NCBI GenBank assembly: GCA_051362555.1
Contig: CM120641.1
Coordinates: 21,762,001-21,826,000 of the forward strand
Source: Lingula anatina
Lineage: Eukaryota > Animalia > Brachiopoda
DNA length: 64,000 bases
Direction of reading: 5' to 3'
Under the pieces are notes generated by a model. That model was not told the origin of the DNA. It saw only the letters and a program-made list of their open reading frames with translations, and did not search any database. The position numbers were made by a program, and so were the translations under genes. Below are positions 1 through 14,300 of the stretch, piece after piece; positions within the stretch are counted from its first letter, which is position 1, and every line of letters begins with the position of its first letter.

Positions 1-216
1 TTAGATAATTTCAGTCAAATTCAAATAGTGTGTGTGCGTGCGTGCGTGCATGCGTGTGTGTACACATGTGCATTTTGTGAACCAACCAACCAAGCCTCTA
101 AGTGCTCCATTTAGTCCACACAATTAAGTAAACCCCAATGAATGAATGTACCCTGACCATGCAGTAATTAATGTTGCTTTAAGTCATTGTTTTAAATCAA
201 GATCATGGCCTCCTAC

Positions 217-3200
217 CTGTAGTACCACTTGTATAACAAATAAAGGCCAGATCTTCAGGGGTACATGGATTCAACTCCTTCGGATTTGCTTTGCCCAGGG
301 CCTAACAAAGAAAATTTTCAGTATTCATTACCAGATACTAGCAGAGTTAAATAAATATAATTGCACAGCTTTGAAAGAATGTCCTCTTTCAATAGCATAA
401 TAAGGTAAATGGCTATTGTTTTGTTTTATGCTTTTTTTTCTTTCAGTACCATACTAGAAAACTTAGTCCACGTTCAACAATCATCAGTGTGAGAGAAGAA
501 AGAAGACTTGGGTGAAATTCAAATATTAAATGCACTGAAATGTCATTAATCTAAAGAAAAAAAAAGAGAACATTGGTCTGCCTCATTATGCTTAGGACAA
601 CAAACTCATGGCTTCAGAAACAAATCACTGATCACATACCTCCACCTCTTTGAATGTGATCAGTTCTACCCCCTTCTGCATTGCATTGTTGTTGTTTTCT
701 CCTGTTACCTCCTCCATTACTACAATAGTCTTCACTCCTGGGGTCTCCCCAATTCTAGAGAGCAGGGAGTTCACTTTGGTATTCGTATCACATATTACCA
801 TAGAGATTTCAGCTAAAAAAACGACAAAAACAGCATTTTATCAAAAATCATAATGTTAAGTTAAGTCTGCCAACTACAAATAGTCAACCCTATAAGGGGT
901 ATTTATTTATTTATTTATCAAAATTTCTTTATTGAGGGTAAAAACATAGTAAATGTAGAAATTATCTTTCCCCTGGCCCTCAATCCCCTATTTTGGGACA
1001 ATGAAGAGGTGACTGAGAGTTGTAGCTCCCATTTTAGCATGCAAAATCTGCAATCATACATAGAAAGAAATAATACTTCAAAAATACAAATAATTAAGAA
1101 ATATAAAATTAAAAATAATAAAAACAGCAGTCATCTCTCACACAGAACCAATTTTGAGTAAGATCATCAACTATAGAACTATTTTAATATATGTTTTTTT
1201 TCCTTCAAAAGTTCAATTTCTTTTTGATTAAATGTACTTAATTATTTTTCATTCTTTACCTTGCTTAAGAATATATGAACATGCATCTGGTCCCAGAGTG
1301 TCATACAGTGGGACTACCACCATTGAGTACATGTAGCATGCCTGCTCTAATATCACATACTGCAACATACAAAAGACAGACAACAATGGAGATTACAATG
1401 CTCTGGCAGAAAAACACACTGCCTTTAAATAAATCAGGCTTGTATTTTATCTTAAACCATATAAAACTGTACCATGTGGAAAAAGGGGTATTTTGCAGAG
1501 CACAAAAGCATTGATTCTTTCAATATAAATGATAAATAAAATGCCAATATGTGTCAATATTGATTTCGTCCCTGGTTTTTTAATATTTGCTACACAGAAC
1601 GGGGGACATCAGTCTTTACAGTTCAAAAGGAATTTGTGATTATGTCATGTAAGTGACACTTGTCACTAACACAGAGGCATCTTGGCTTTCATCAAATAAT
1701 ACCAACCAAATAATCCTCTTACAGCATCCGTTTTACCATTAACATTAGCATCAAATATGTGTACACCCTGGAAGACTCTTTTCACTGCAAACAATACAGA
1801 CGATGTGAAAAGGTCTTTTGGCAGGTCAGATAACCATTCTAACTTTCAACTAGCCCTGCCTACCTCTGGTCTGTTTTGAGAATATATTCCAATACAGGTG
1901 GTATTCTCTGGCTTCATTCCCTTGGCTTGCATGCCAGCACCTAGGTCAGCAGCACGGACCAGAACCTGGACAAGTCATACATTATGTCACATGTATCACA
2001 GACAACAGGGAAAATACTGATATATTCACTCTTACAAGTTAGACAGGTTCAAACAATGTTTCTTCTTTAAATTGTACACTGACCACATGCACACTCTATT
2101 AAAGCACCTCCATTTGCATGAAAAAGAATCGAAATATTTCTCTAAACAAAAGATTTTTGTATTATTTAAGTATACAAAAGTATAAATAAGGGTTTCCAAG
2201 AATAAAGTGAGAATTTGGCATGAAAATAATAATATCTCAAACCCCTCAATATAAAGTATGATTAACCAGTTTTAATTTCATTCAGAAACATGATAATATC
2301 TGAGACAGGTTATTGAATCAATAGTTGATTTCCATGCTCACATCATTGTAGGAGATCCACTGGTATGGAGCATTAGCTCCATCTCTCCAGCCAAGACTTG
2401 GTCCATTATCTGAATCAAATTAAAATATGATAAGTTTGCACTTTTCATGTAATATTACTTCATTTAAAAAAAGTATATTATGCCTCATTCAATGTCAATA
2501 CTTTTATGTTAACTTTAATACATGAGCAATTTTTCTCTGACCTCACTTCATTTAAGCCACACATTAAACTTATTGTAACTTCCATTCCTATTAAATAAAT
2601 TCAGTTTAAAAAAGAACCACTTTATATTATTTTCATTTCTCAAGGGATATAAAAAGATGAAAATACAAATTACATAAGAGGAAACTTATGTAAAAGGATA
2701 CAAAACAGGCATATTCTACATACTTGAGACTCTTGCACCTCTGGTGAACGCTTCATAGCATGTCTTGGCGTCATCATACAAATATTCCAGCAGCTTTCCT
2801 TCCTTGTTGTGCATGGACACACGCGCATGTTTGTCACCCTACAGTGAATCATAATACAGTTCATTTCAATTATCTAAAATGACATACATGTATATATAGT
2901 AAAAAGAAGTGCATAATTCTGAAATGGTAATGTAAATGTGAGATAAGAATAAAATTGTGTTTCTTATTCATATACTAGTAACCAGATGACCAGTTTTTAA
3001 CAAGAAAATAGAGGAAGACTATACTGTGTTATTGTTAAATTTATTAGTAAAGAATGGGATTCTGTTGAACTCCACATTTTGCTCGAAAAAATGGTCATGT
3101 TTTAGATTTAAAACAACATTACAAACCACACTATAGATAAATAAATTAATACAATCAAATTAGATGTCATACAAGCAACATATATAGTGAAATATAATTG

Positions 3201-6200
3201 AAAACCAACATCATTAAAGAATTGCCAATATCGTCCACCTGCATCACTAAAATAAATCATCAACCCAAGAGGAAAAAAAAAATCTCTCGAGAATTGCTTG
3301 TAATTTGCTGCAGGGGTTGATTAGCATGAGGTAAGCTTATAAGATATTTATCTTATGAAACAAATAAACATATGCTGTACATAAACTGGTTTCTGAAATG
3401 TTGCATGCATTCTGATCTCATCCTAGTAGATCTAACTCATTTCTGTCACATAATATGATGCTAGAAAGGTGCAACACTGTGTTAGTCAGGACAGCAACAC
3501 TCTGAATAAACCATTTAGCAAAAAACCCATATACAATCACTCAACATCTGTCTATGAGGAAAAAAATAATTTATATAAAGACATCCAAGATTTTTTAAAT
3601 TGGAAATATAAGGTTCAATCTTCTTGTCTTAAATTTCTTCAAAGTTTCTTTTAAATATGAATGTTCATATAGATCTACATTGTAGTCAATTAGAAAGTCT
3701 CATATACAAAGTCAGTTTACCTACCAGCAGCATTTTCTGAATGGAACTGCAATGCCTTGGCAGTACTGTGGGGTATGTCTAACCTAAGATCTAATAAACA
3801 GTTTATTAGATCTTAGGTCTAACGTAACAGACATGTACTACGGAATAAGTGAAAATCAAAGGAAAATATTTAGATGGCTGCATGATCTTTATTTACCTGA
3901 CCAAATACCTTTCCCTGTACTATTTCTGGATGAGGGTAAATCTCAAATCAACCCAGTCAAGTCTAGAATGTGTTAGTGTTTAACTGTTACACCTCAAGAA
4001 ACATTTGACATTCAAATAGCTGATGCCACCTAATTAAAAGGCTCTCAAATTAGGAGGCTAGCACTTAATCATACTTGTATCTATTATTAAATTTCTTAAC
4101 CAAGAACTCATGTTGGCTACTGGGTCCCATGGTATCATATCTATCACATCCTTCCCCATTACCAAAGCACCTCTGTTACCTATCCTCTGACAACATAATG
4201 GGGAGCAATACATGTCAAGGATGGTTTCTTTATCAACGTAGTTATCAATTACAACATTCCAAAATTCCTTATCTTTGACTTCCTGTCATATAATAACCAT
4301 CTGTTTTTCCTTAATAATTCAGCCCCCATCCTCACCTGCAACATAGTATAGAGAAAAAAAACATTATCATTAATTTAATTATAAAAGGGAACATAACCTA
4401 TTTTTCTTTTGGGGTAATTTTCTGACAAGAAATTCAGGAAACCTCATTTTCTTTCATATTCTGCGAACAGATATTGCATCATATATTAAAAATAAACCCC
4501 AAAAGAACTCATTTTCCTTTGCTGGCATGGTCTCAATTTAAACCAAGAAGTTGTAGAGGTAAACCAACATCTGTGCCATAAGTCAATTATCCAAGGTTAT
4601 TGAACACCTGTGCTATTTCATTCTAGGTGGTGAAAGCCTGTCCTTCTCAGGGGAGACATGATATAAGAGAATCCAATCATAATCCTGGCCAGTTGAGGAA
4701 AGTTCAAAATAAACAGCTGGCCTCAAGAATTCTCCACGAGGACATTGATTTTTTTTGTTTGTTTGTTCATCAGTTCCTTTGGGTTATTTAAGGTGAACTT
4801 CCATACAGATATGTTTTCTATCCTGCTGCCTTTATAGGCCTTTGAAGTCTAAAAATAATAACTCTGTTTACGAGTAAAAACACTGTTTTAAGCAACTTGT
4901 TTGTGCATTTTGAAAGTAAATATCAATCATGGAATGACTCTTGCAACCTAGCTTGCACTGGTAGTTCAGATATAACTTGAGCCTGTAAGATCAAATCAAT
5001 TTCAAAAGAGTCAAGAGCAGGATCATAGTATTACAGTGATGTGGTTTTCATGCTTCTGTAGTAAAGTCCTTAGTAAGTGAGTCATTTTTGTTACATAATC
5101 TGTAATTTCCATAAGAATGTGAATAAGGAAGTGGGTTTGCTCTAGATCTGCCACCTACATCATATTAATATCTGATATCTGATACACCTGGTACATGTAT
5201 ATATGAATACAGTAACAATTTTTTTTATCTGGTAGACCTCTCCCATCACCAGTCAAGGATTACAGTAGAAACTTACTCTTAACTTCATTTAATGTTGAAT
5301 GTAGACACTTAATGCTACAGCTTTCAAATTCTAACAGTAAAGTAGCCTAATATACAATTTGTTCAACCATGGTAATCCATTCTTCTGATGACCCATATGT
5401 TTTCTGTGAACAAAGTCGTTCAAAACATACACCGGTTTCCTGCATTAATTAGGTCAATTAATATTTCATTAGGATTTCAATATCTTCCTTGAAAATTAAA
5501 GCTAGATTGCAATATAATGAACTGCCTATAGCCCATTTATTATAGTAGAGACACACATCTTTGTTTAAATCTCAATGGATGGCACACAGCCACAGGCAGA
5601 CGCTCCACGTGTCAGCACAATACACCTTTATACACGTGGATCATGGATGTGGATCATGGACGAATTGGGCAACAAGTTGTGTGTCCTATACATGTATACA
5701 GGTATATGTACACAGCTGTATAAAACACTACATACAAAACAACCACATCAACATGCTGTCCGCTTAACGTATCAACTGATAAGTTCAGTTGCAATGGCAA
5801 TATCATTATTCATCTTACGCGATACTATACGCATATTAGTTCATCAATAACAATAAGAATTACTTCACTTGTGCGAATCAAAGTGGTGAAATCTATTACC
5901 TCGAGTAGAGTAGACTGTATCTCAGGTATTGGTATGTTCATATTCCTAGCTGTACACTGACTGTTTATCCGTCACACCACGCTGGTCTTCCTTTGTTACA
6001 ATGGGTAGCTAATGATCTAACTTCCACATGATGGTCTGACGTGTCACATACCATACCTAAGCTATAGGGCAGTCATTTTCCCTGTAGATATCCATCTCTG
6101 TTGTTCTTAACTGCCGTAATATCATTCGAAACTGAAACTGTGGTTTCCTGAATGACTACCCTGTCATTAGCATGACCCACAAGTCTTACTATATAATAGA

Positions 6201-6698
6201 GAACATCCTTTTCCTCGCTGTTATTATACCTCATTGAGGGTTGTCTTGAACAGAACCAGGATAAATCAACCCAACAACAACCTCATTGATTATTCATTAT
6301 TTGCCCTAGAAATTGCACTTTAGCAACCTATTAATTGTTTATTTTATGTAAACTCAGCTAATTAAAGTGTAAATTGTTGGCACTATGACATCCAAAAATG
6401 TATCTAACTTTCTTTCGAATTCTAAATTGATCAATGAAATCAATATAATAACTAGGTCAATGTGACTTATTCAATGAAAAACTAATAAGCAGTTCCATTG
6501 CAGAGCCATATGTGTTTACCATGAGCCTGATCAAATATTCACCATGCCACTATTCCATACTAGTATACTCACAAAATATCTTTTCATGAAAGAAGTGTGG
6601 AAATATATTGCTACATGCCTAAAAATCTATAATCTTTGCTAAATGTTTCACCAATGTTTCATTTGATGGTGTATGGTTTATTAAAAGTACTGTACCAT

Positions 6699-6732
<34 letters not shown>

Positions 6733-8291
6733 GTTATTTTTACTTTTTTTTGTCAAAACAATGGATTCATGCTAATCTTATCCTGTTATCTTTTAAAGAC
6801 ACGTTGTAATTTACAAACGCAAAACAAACACATGACCTATGGCCACATTTACAAGACAAGATGCCGACTATAAACTATGCATCTGGAATCTCAATCAACC
6901 TTTTTTTTTTTTGCTTTCCATGAAAATAAAATAATATTATTCAATACAGATTGTTTCTTTGTTTGACATTTTCTGATGCATGTACGTAAACTGGTTTATG
7001 AAGACAGACACGTGCTATTACTTTTAAATACCAACATATTGCAGTTGCAAATTCATGACAAGGATTTTGATCTTGACAAAATGGTGTTCTAGCTGGCCAG
7101 CAGATACAAGTCTATACTAAACTCTGGTGTTATACGTGATTCAAGTTTCTGTTATTGTACTAGTAAGCAAACATCTGACCATCTATAGGACAATCTATAG
7201 CCTAAAGACCATCCTTGATCTAACCCACTGTCTGCCACTGCTAACACCAATATAAACTCTCATTGATTGAAGAAGACTTTTCATTTCTCCATTGCACACT
7301 TGATAAATAAAATTTATTATAATTATTATAATTTACACTTTGCCTGAGCAGAGATCTGTGCTATAAGGCTAAAGGGTATGTTCACAATAAGCTTATTAAT
7401 CTAATTGCTTTCAGCAGGAATCCCCATGGAGTAAATGCACAGTAGCTAGTACTAAAGATTAATCGTGGATGCACCTTTACAGTTATGTCTAATTTTATAT
7501 CAATTCCATGTGCTTTATGCACTTTATTAACTACTGGCAGGACATTACAATTTTACAGCTGCCAGTCACATATATTTTCCATTCCTATTAACAATCTTAC
7601 TGATCATTCTAAAAGAAAAAAAAAACTTCATTTCATCAAATTATCTAATTTTATAATATTTGCAAATTAAACTGGATTGATATAATTAGATGTTTTTTGG
7701 GCGTTTTCTCCATTTCCTGAACTAAAACTGATACCATACGTATCAGTATTACAATTATAACAGAAGTGTACTTTGTTAGCCCCCTACAGTAGCTTCTTTA
7801 TATGTTTGGGGTTCACTGTAACAGTGCTGTAATAATCCAATGCACCTAGTAATGAAAAATTCACAATAATTGTCTGGGATCAAACCTTCTTTACCAATGA
7901 ACCATATAATTTACTTCTTAAACATAATTGGCTCTAAAATTTCAAAAACTTGGCAGTATACAGCCGTGACTGCTACCTTATGGTGTCTCTAAAAAGGCTT
8001 TTGTATTAGATCAAAAACACCTTTTGTAGTTCTTTAGCAATCAGGATCATATAGATCAAGCAGTCCCTTGTGACTTTACCTGAATCTCAGACTGGATAAA
8101 CAGGTTCAGGTGTTTCTATACAAATCAGTAAAGGTTAAGAATTAGGACTTAGTTCATTGTCTTAGATGTCAACAAGATCAAAACTGTCTGGTTTTTTATT
8201 CTGTTCAATACTGGAAATTCTCTTGCTTCCACTAGGGGCACAATTCCCCCTGATCTACAGATCAAGACAACTCCCCCTCCCCTCCTCCCCC

Positions 8292-8350
<59 letters not shown>

Positions 8351-11300
8351 TGTATTATTTAAATACCTCACTTTCACAATTTTTTTTTTTTTTTTTTTTT
8401 GCAATTTCATATGTTGTCTATTTCATGTTTTCATTTTTCATATGTAACACAGAGAGGGCAGGCATGTGGGGGCATTTTAGTCGCATGTGTCCCCATATCT
8501 TTGCCTCTTAGTATTAAGGGTGTTGACACCATGCCTTATGTCCTGCCACAAATGAGAATTCCAACAGTTGTTTCAGGTAATGCTCTTTCTTAAGGAAAAT
8601 TGTTTCTTATCATACCCTTAGTGGATAGTTATAATTTTGGCAAATTTTGGTTTAAAATTTATGGAGCAAAGTATCTCTAACTGAGATAGTCAAACGACTC
8701 ACAACCTGTGGTCCAAAAAATGTCAAAAGATACTGTTGAAGCATCTGACCAAGTTAACACTGTTCTTAGCAATATGTCAGCAGCTCAATTATAACTTCAA
8801 ACTTGAGTCATACTACTAGTATATAAATGACAAGTTTTAGAGCTAAATTTCAAAAATTACCTCAACTGCTACAGACTGCATCTCTTCTTGTGATTTCTTA
8901 GAACTTAGGGTCTTGTAAGCCATCTAAGTCCTGTATACCCAGCCTGAGATTAAATGTACCGTATTTCACTGTTCACCATGGGAAGTCTACTTTAACCAAC
9001 TCTTCAAACTCACGCACATTATAATGTGCATTTTGTTTGTATTGTAAACACAACAACCTCACTCCATTGTGTCACAAGGCAAGTCCCTGGTATAACATTT
9101 GCCAAAGCGGTACTTTTCTTTTCATATACAAATTCCATTTACTTCTTGTAAGTTATAAATACTGCGCTGAATAACCTTTCACAATTTTCTTAGGGGTACA
9201 TAATTCTATTTGAATTAGCAGTAAGGTTATATGAACAACTCCTTTTCAGATGACAAGAATCATTGAATGTCTCAAATCTAGGTGCATGTGATGCATGGAA
9301 AGCAAAAAAATAAAATAATAATAAATTATCTCTTTCTTTTCAAATCTAAACGTATTACTATTAGAAACAGGTATTCTTTTTTTATCATTTCAGCACTTTT
9401 AAATTTACATTTGCAAGCTAACACTATATCCAAACACAATCCAATTTTCAATCAGTGACTGTTCACAACTAACACAATGCTCTCTTAGACCATATTAAGA
9501 TCCTCCTCGAGCAGCTAGGGGTAATTAAGTCAGGTGCACGCGAAAATTAATTACCCTTAGCTACTCTAGGAGGTGTGTCATACAGTTATGCCAATTGCCC
9601 TTAGCAAGAGCACTGCAGAGTTGGGCTGACCCAACTACTACGATATGTCTTTCTGAATGCTCCTTTAAATCTCAAACCAATTTCACTCTCTACTATTCAA
9701 TCAATGATTTCTGGTACTTAGGAAACCAGCTGGGAAAAATATTGCGAAATTAATGTTATTTGTCATAGAAAATACTAGAGCTTCCGTCAGGGTCAGGGTG
9801 TAGAAACATTTCTATGCTGATTGACTCCATAACATTTTCATATTTAAAAGAAATTACTGCTTTGTTTGTTTCATGTGACTTTGGATTTACAAATGCAAAT
9901 CAAAGATTAAAACAAGGCAGCAAAGCTGTCAAATGTACAGACAAAAAGCAGACAATAACAATGCACAAAACAGGCTACTGTCAATTCTGATGCAAAAGTA
10001 CATTATGCTTAACTGCAAATTCAACATCAAATTTTAATTATGCTCAACAGGTAATACCAATGTAAGTAAAATGTGTAACAAGCGTGAGGCTTCAGGCCCA
10101 TGGGAGTTTAAGTTCACACTTTGAAAATGCCAGAATGAGAGAAATGAAAATTTCACATAAAACTGCTTAAATTCAATAATAAATGATAACCCATTTGAGC
10201 TGGCTTTCTTATTTGAACTGCATGCCAATCCTACAAATCATACTTGTAAGTTGAAAATAATAATAAGTAACACAGTTTTCTTTTCATAATGTTTGTAGTA
10301 GCAGTGCAAAAAGATTTTTGTCAATTTTGATGTAACATTACATAATAAATTACAGAATAATTATCACCAATTTTTGATTATTGACTATAAATAGCATGGA
10401 CATGTAAAAAATTTGATTACCATTTGGCTTTATGTCCATGGGAGCTTCAAGTCCCACAGTGAATATGCCAACATGATAAAAATGAATATTTCACTAAAAT
10501 GTATAACTTCCAGAAAAAGAAGCCAATTAGACTGCTTTTCCAACTCAGGCTGCATTTTAGTCCTTTGTTTCTTTTTTGAAAGTTTGACAATCATAAGTAA
10601 CATGGTTTTCCCATAATGGTCATCATGGCAGCAGCACCCAAAATTGTGTTTTCTTCTATTTTAATGCAATATTACGTAATGCTTAACAGCATAATGACCA
10701 TCAGTTTTTAATAATAAAAGATCCATATCATGGATTTTCAGAAAATGTGATTAGCATGGGTCTTCAAGCTCGTGGAGGTTCTTAAGTCACACCTTGAAAA
10801 TGCCAATATGTGAAAAATTAAATTTTCACAAAAAACTGATTAACTGCCAAAAAAATTTACCAAATAGACTGCATTGCCCACTGAAGCTTTATTTAAGTCC
10901 CATGTTTCTTCCTGTAAGTTTGAGAACAGTAAGTGACATGGTTTTCCTTAAATGGTCATCATGGGAGCAGTGTCCAAAATAGGGGTGTCTTCAAATTTTG
11001 ATGCAATATTACATAATGTTTAACAGGATAATTACCATCAATTTCTAATAACAAGGCAGCAAAGCTGTCAAATGTACAGACAAAAAGCAGGAAATAACTA
11101 TGCACAAAATAGGCTACTGTCAATTCTGATGCAAAAGAACATTATGTTAAACTGCAAATTCAACATCAAATTTTAATTATGCTCAACAGGTAATACCAAT
11201 GTAAGTAAAATGTGTAACAAGCATAAGGCTTCAGGCCCATGGCAGTTCAAGTTCACACTTTGAAAATGTATAACTTCCAGAAAAAGAAGCCAATTGGACT

Positions 11301-14300
11301 GCTTTTCCAACTCAGGCTGCATTTTAGTCCTGTATTTCTTTTTTGAACGTTTGGCAATCATCAGTAACATGGTTTTCCCATAATGGTCATCATGGCAGCA
11401 TCACCCAAAATTGTGTTTTCTTCTATTCTGATGCAATATTACATAATGCTTAACAGCATAATGACCATCAATTTTTAATAATAAAATATACGTATCATGG
11501 ATTTTCAGAAAATGTGACTAGCATGGGTCTTCAAGCCCATAGAACTTCAAAGTCACACCTTGAAAATGCCAATATGTGAAAAATTAAATTTTCACAAAAA
11601 AAACTGTTTAACTAGCAGAAAGAATTACCGAACAGACTGCATTGCCTACTGAAGCTGTATTTTAGTCCCATGTTTCTTTCCTGTAAGTTTGAGAACAGTA
11701 AGTGACATGATTTTTCTTAAATGGTCATCATGGGAGCAGTGCCCAAAATAGTTTTTTTCCAAATTTTGATGCAATATTACATAACGTTTAACAGCATAAT
11801 GACCATCAATTTTTAATAATAAAATATTAGTATTATGGATATTCAGAAAATGTGACTAGCAAAGGTCTTCAGGCCCATGGAACTTCAAAGTCACAACTTG
11901 AAAATGCCAAAATGTAAACAAGACAGCACTATTCTGAAATGTTTTTTTTTTCCATTTTTAACACTTTTTTAACATAAAACAAAATTAACAGTTTACTGCC
12001 ATTTTTATATGATCAACTAAGAAAATTGATGAGATGGGAAAAATATCAATAGAACAGTGTCAAATGTCCAATTTCCTCCATTCTGAGTTTCTGAACATAG
12101 TGAATGATTGAATCTTACAAACTGTAATGATATGAGTTTATTTCCATTTTTGAAACTTTATTACATAATACACGATAACAAGTTTACCATCATTTTTACA
12201 AAATCAACTAACAATGTTGTAAAGGTGCAGGAAATGTCAAACAAACACTTTTACTTATCTTATTAATTAAATAATGAAACTGTTAACATGCCTAAAAATT
12301 GAATCTGAGGAAATGTGAAACAAGACAGCACTATTCTGAAATGGGTTTATTTCCATTTTTAACACTTTTTTAACATAAAACAAAATTAACAGTTTACTGC
12401 CATTTTTTTATGATCAACTAAGAAAATTGATGAGATGTGAAAAATATCAATAGAACAGTGTCAAATGTCCAATTTCCTCCATTCTGAGTTTCTGAACATA
12501 GTGAATGATTGAATCTTACAAACTGCATATGAGTTTATTTCCATTTTTGACACCTTATTACACAATACACGATTACAGGTTTACCATCATTTTTACGTAA
12601 TCAACTAACAATGTTGTAAAAATGCAGGAAATGTCAAACAAACACTTTTATGTATCTTATTAATTAAATAAAGAGACTGTTAACATGCCTAAGAATTGAA
12701 TCTGAGGAAATGTGAAAAAACAGCATAACTTATAAAATAATGGTCCGATTATGCTGATTTTCGAACTTGACCTGCGTTTTAGTAAGATTGATTACTCCTG
12801 TGAGTTTCATGACAACAGGCCTATGGGTTTTCCTTGAAATGTGTTAACAGTTTTGCATATATGCTGAAAAGTGAAAAAACAGCATAACTTATAAAATAAT
12901 GGTCCGATCATGCCAATTTTCGAACTTGACCTGTGTTTTAGTAAGATTGATTATTCCTGTGAGTTTCATGACAACAGGCCTATCAGTTTTCCTTGAAATG
13001 TGTTAACAGTGTTGCATATATGCTGAAAAGTAAAAAAAACAGCATAAATTCTACAATAATGGCCCGATCATGCTGATTTTCGAACTTGACCTGCGTTTTA
13101 TGAATATTAGTCAGCTCTGTAAATATAAAGCCAAAAAGTAAAACTGTCTTCCACTTATGGTGTTAACGCTGAAAGTGCACGGCGACGGCGACGGCGACAT
13201 GATCGGCGACGGCGACGACAGACGCAGGTGATGGCAATATGTACAGACACATCTGTGTCTGTACATAAAAAAACAAGGCAGCAAAGCTGTCAAATGTACA
13301 GACAAAAAACAGGAAATAACTATGCACTAAATAGGCTACTGTTAATTCTGATGCAAAAGAACATTATGTTAAACTGCAAATTCAACATCAAATTTTAATT
13401 ATGCTCAACAGGTAATACCAATGTAAGTAAAATGTGTAACAAGTTCACACTTTGAAAATGTATAACTTCCAGAAAAAGAAGCCAATTAGACTGCTTTTCC
13501 AACTCAGGCTGCATTTTAGTCCTGTATTTCTTTTTTGAAAGTTTGGCAATCATAAGTAACATGGTTTTCCCATAATGGTCATCATGGCAGCAGCACCCAA
13601 AATTGTGTTTTCTTCTATTCTGATGCCATATTACATAATGGTTAACAGCATAATGACCGTCAATTTTTAATAATAAAATATACGTATCATGGATTTTCAG
13701 AAAATGTGACTAGCATGGGTCTTCAAGCCCGTGGAACTTCAAAGTCACACCTTGAAAATGCCAATTTGTGAAAAATTTAATTTTCACAAAAAAACTTTAA
13801 CTGGCAGTAAGAATTACCAAACAGACTGCATTGCCTACTGAAGCTGTATTTTAGTCCCATGTTTCTTTCCTGTAAGTTTGAGAACAGTAAGTGACATGGT
13901 TTTTCTTAAATGGTCATCATGGGAGCAGTGCCCAAAATAGTTTTTTTTTCAAATTTTGATGCAATATTACATAATTTTTAACAGCATAATGACCATCAAT
14001 TTTAATAATAAAATATTAGTATTATGGATATTCAGAAAATGTGACTAGCAAAGGTCTTCAGGCCCATGGAACTTCAAAGTCACAACTTGAAAATGCCAAA
14101 ATGTGAAACAAGACAGCACTGTTCTGAAATGTTTTTTTTTCCCATTTTTAACAATTTTTTAAACATAAAACAAAATTAACAGGTTACTGCCATTTTTATA
14201 CGATCAACTAAGAAAATTGATGAGATGGGAAAAATATCAATACAACAGTGTTAAATGTCCAATTTCCTCCATTCTGAGATTCTGAACATAGTGAATGATT

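Noticed and set aside
4075-4335. Minus-strand segment with an acceptor, an open stretch (...MGKDVIDMIPWDPV...) and a phase-1 donor
   Set aside because: No similarity to ACSL, upstream stops and several ATGs; no independent support as an exon.
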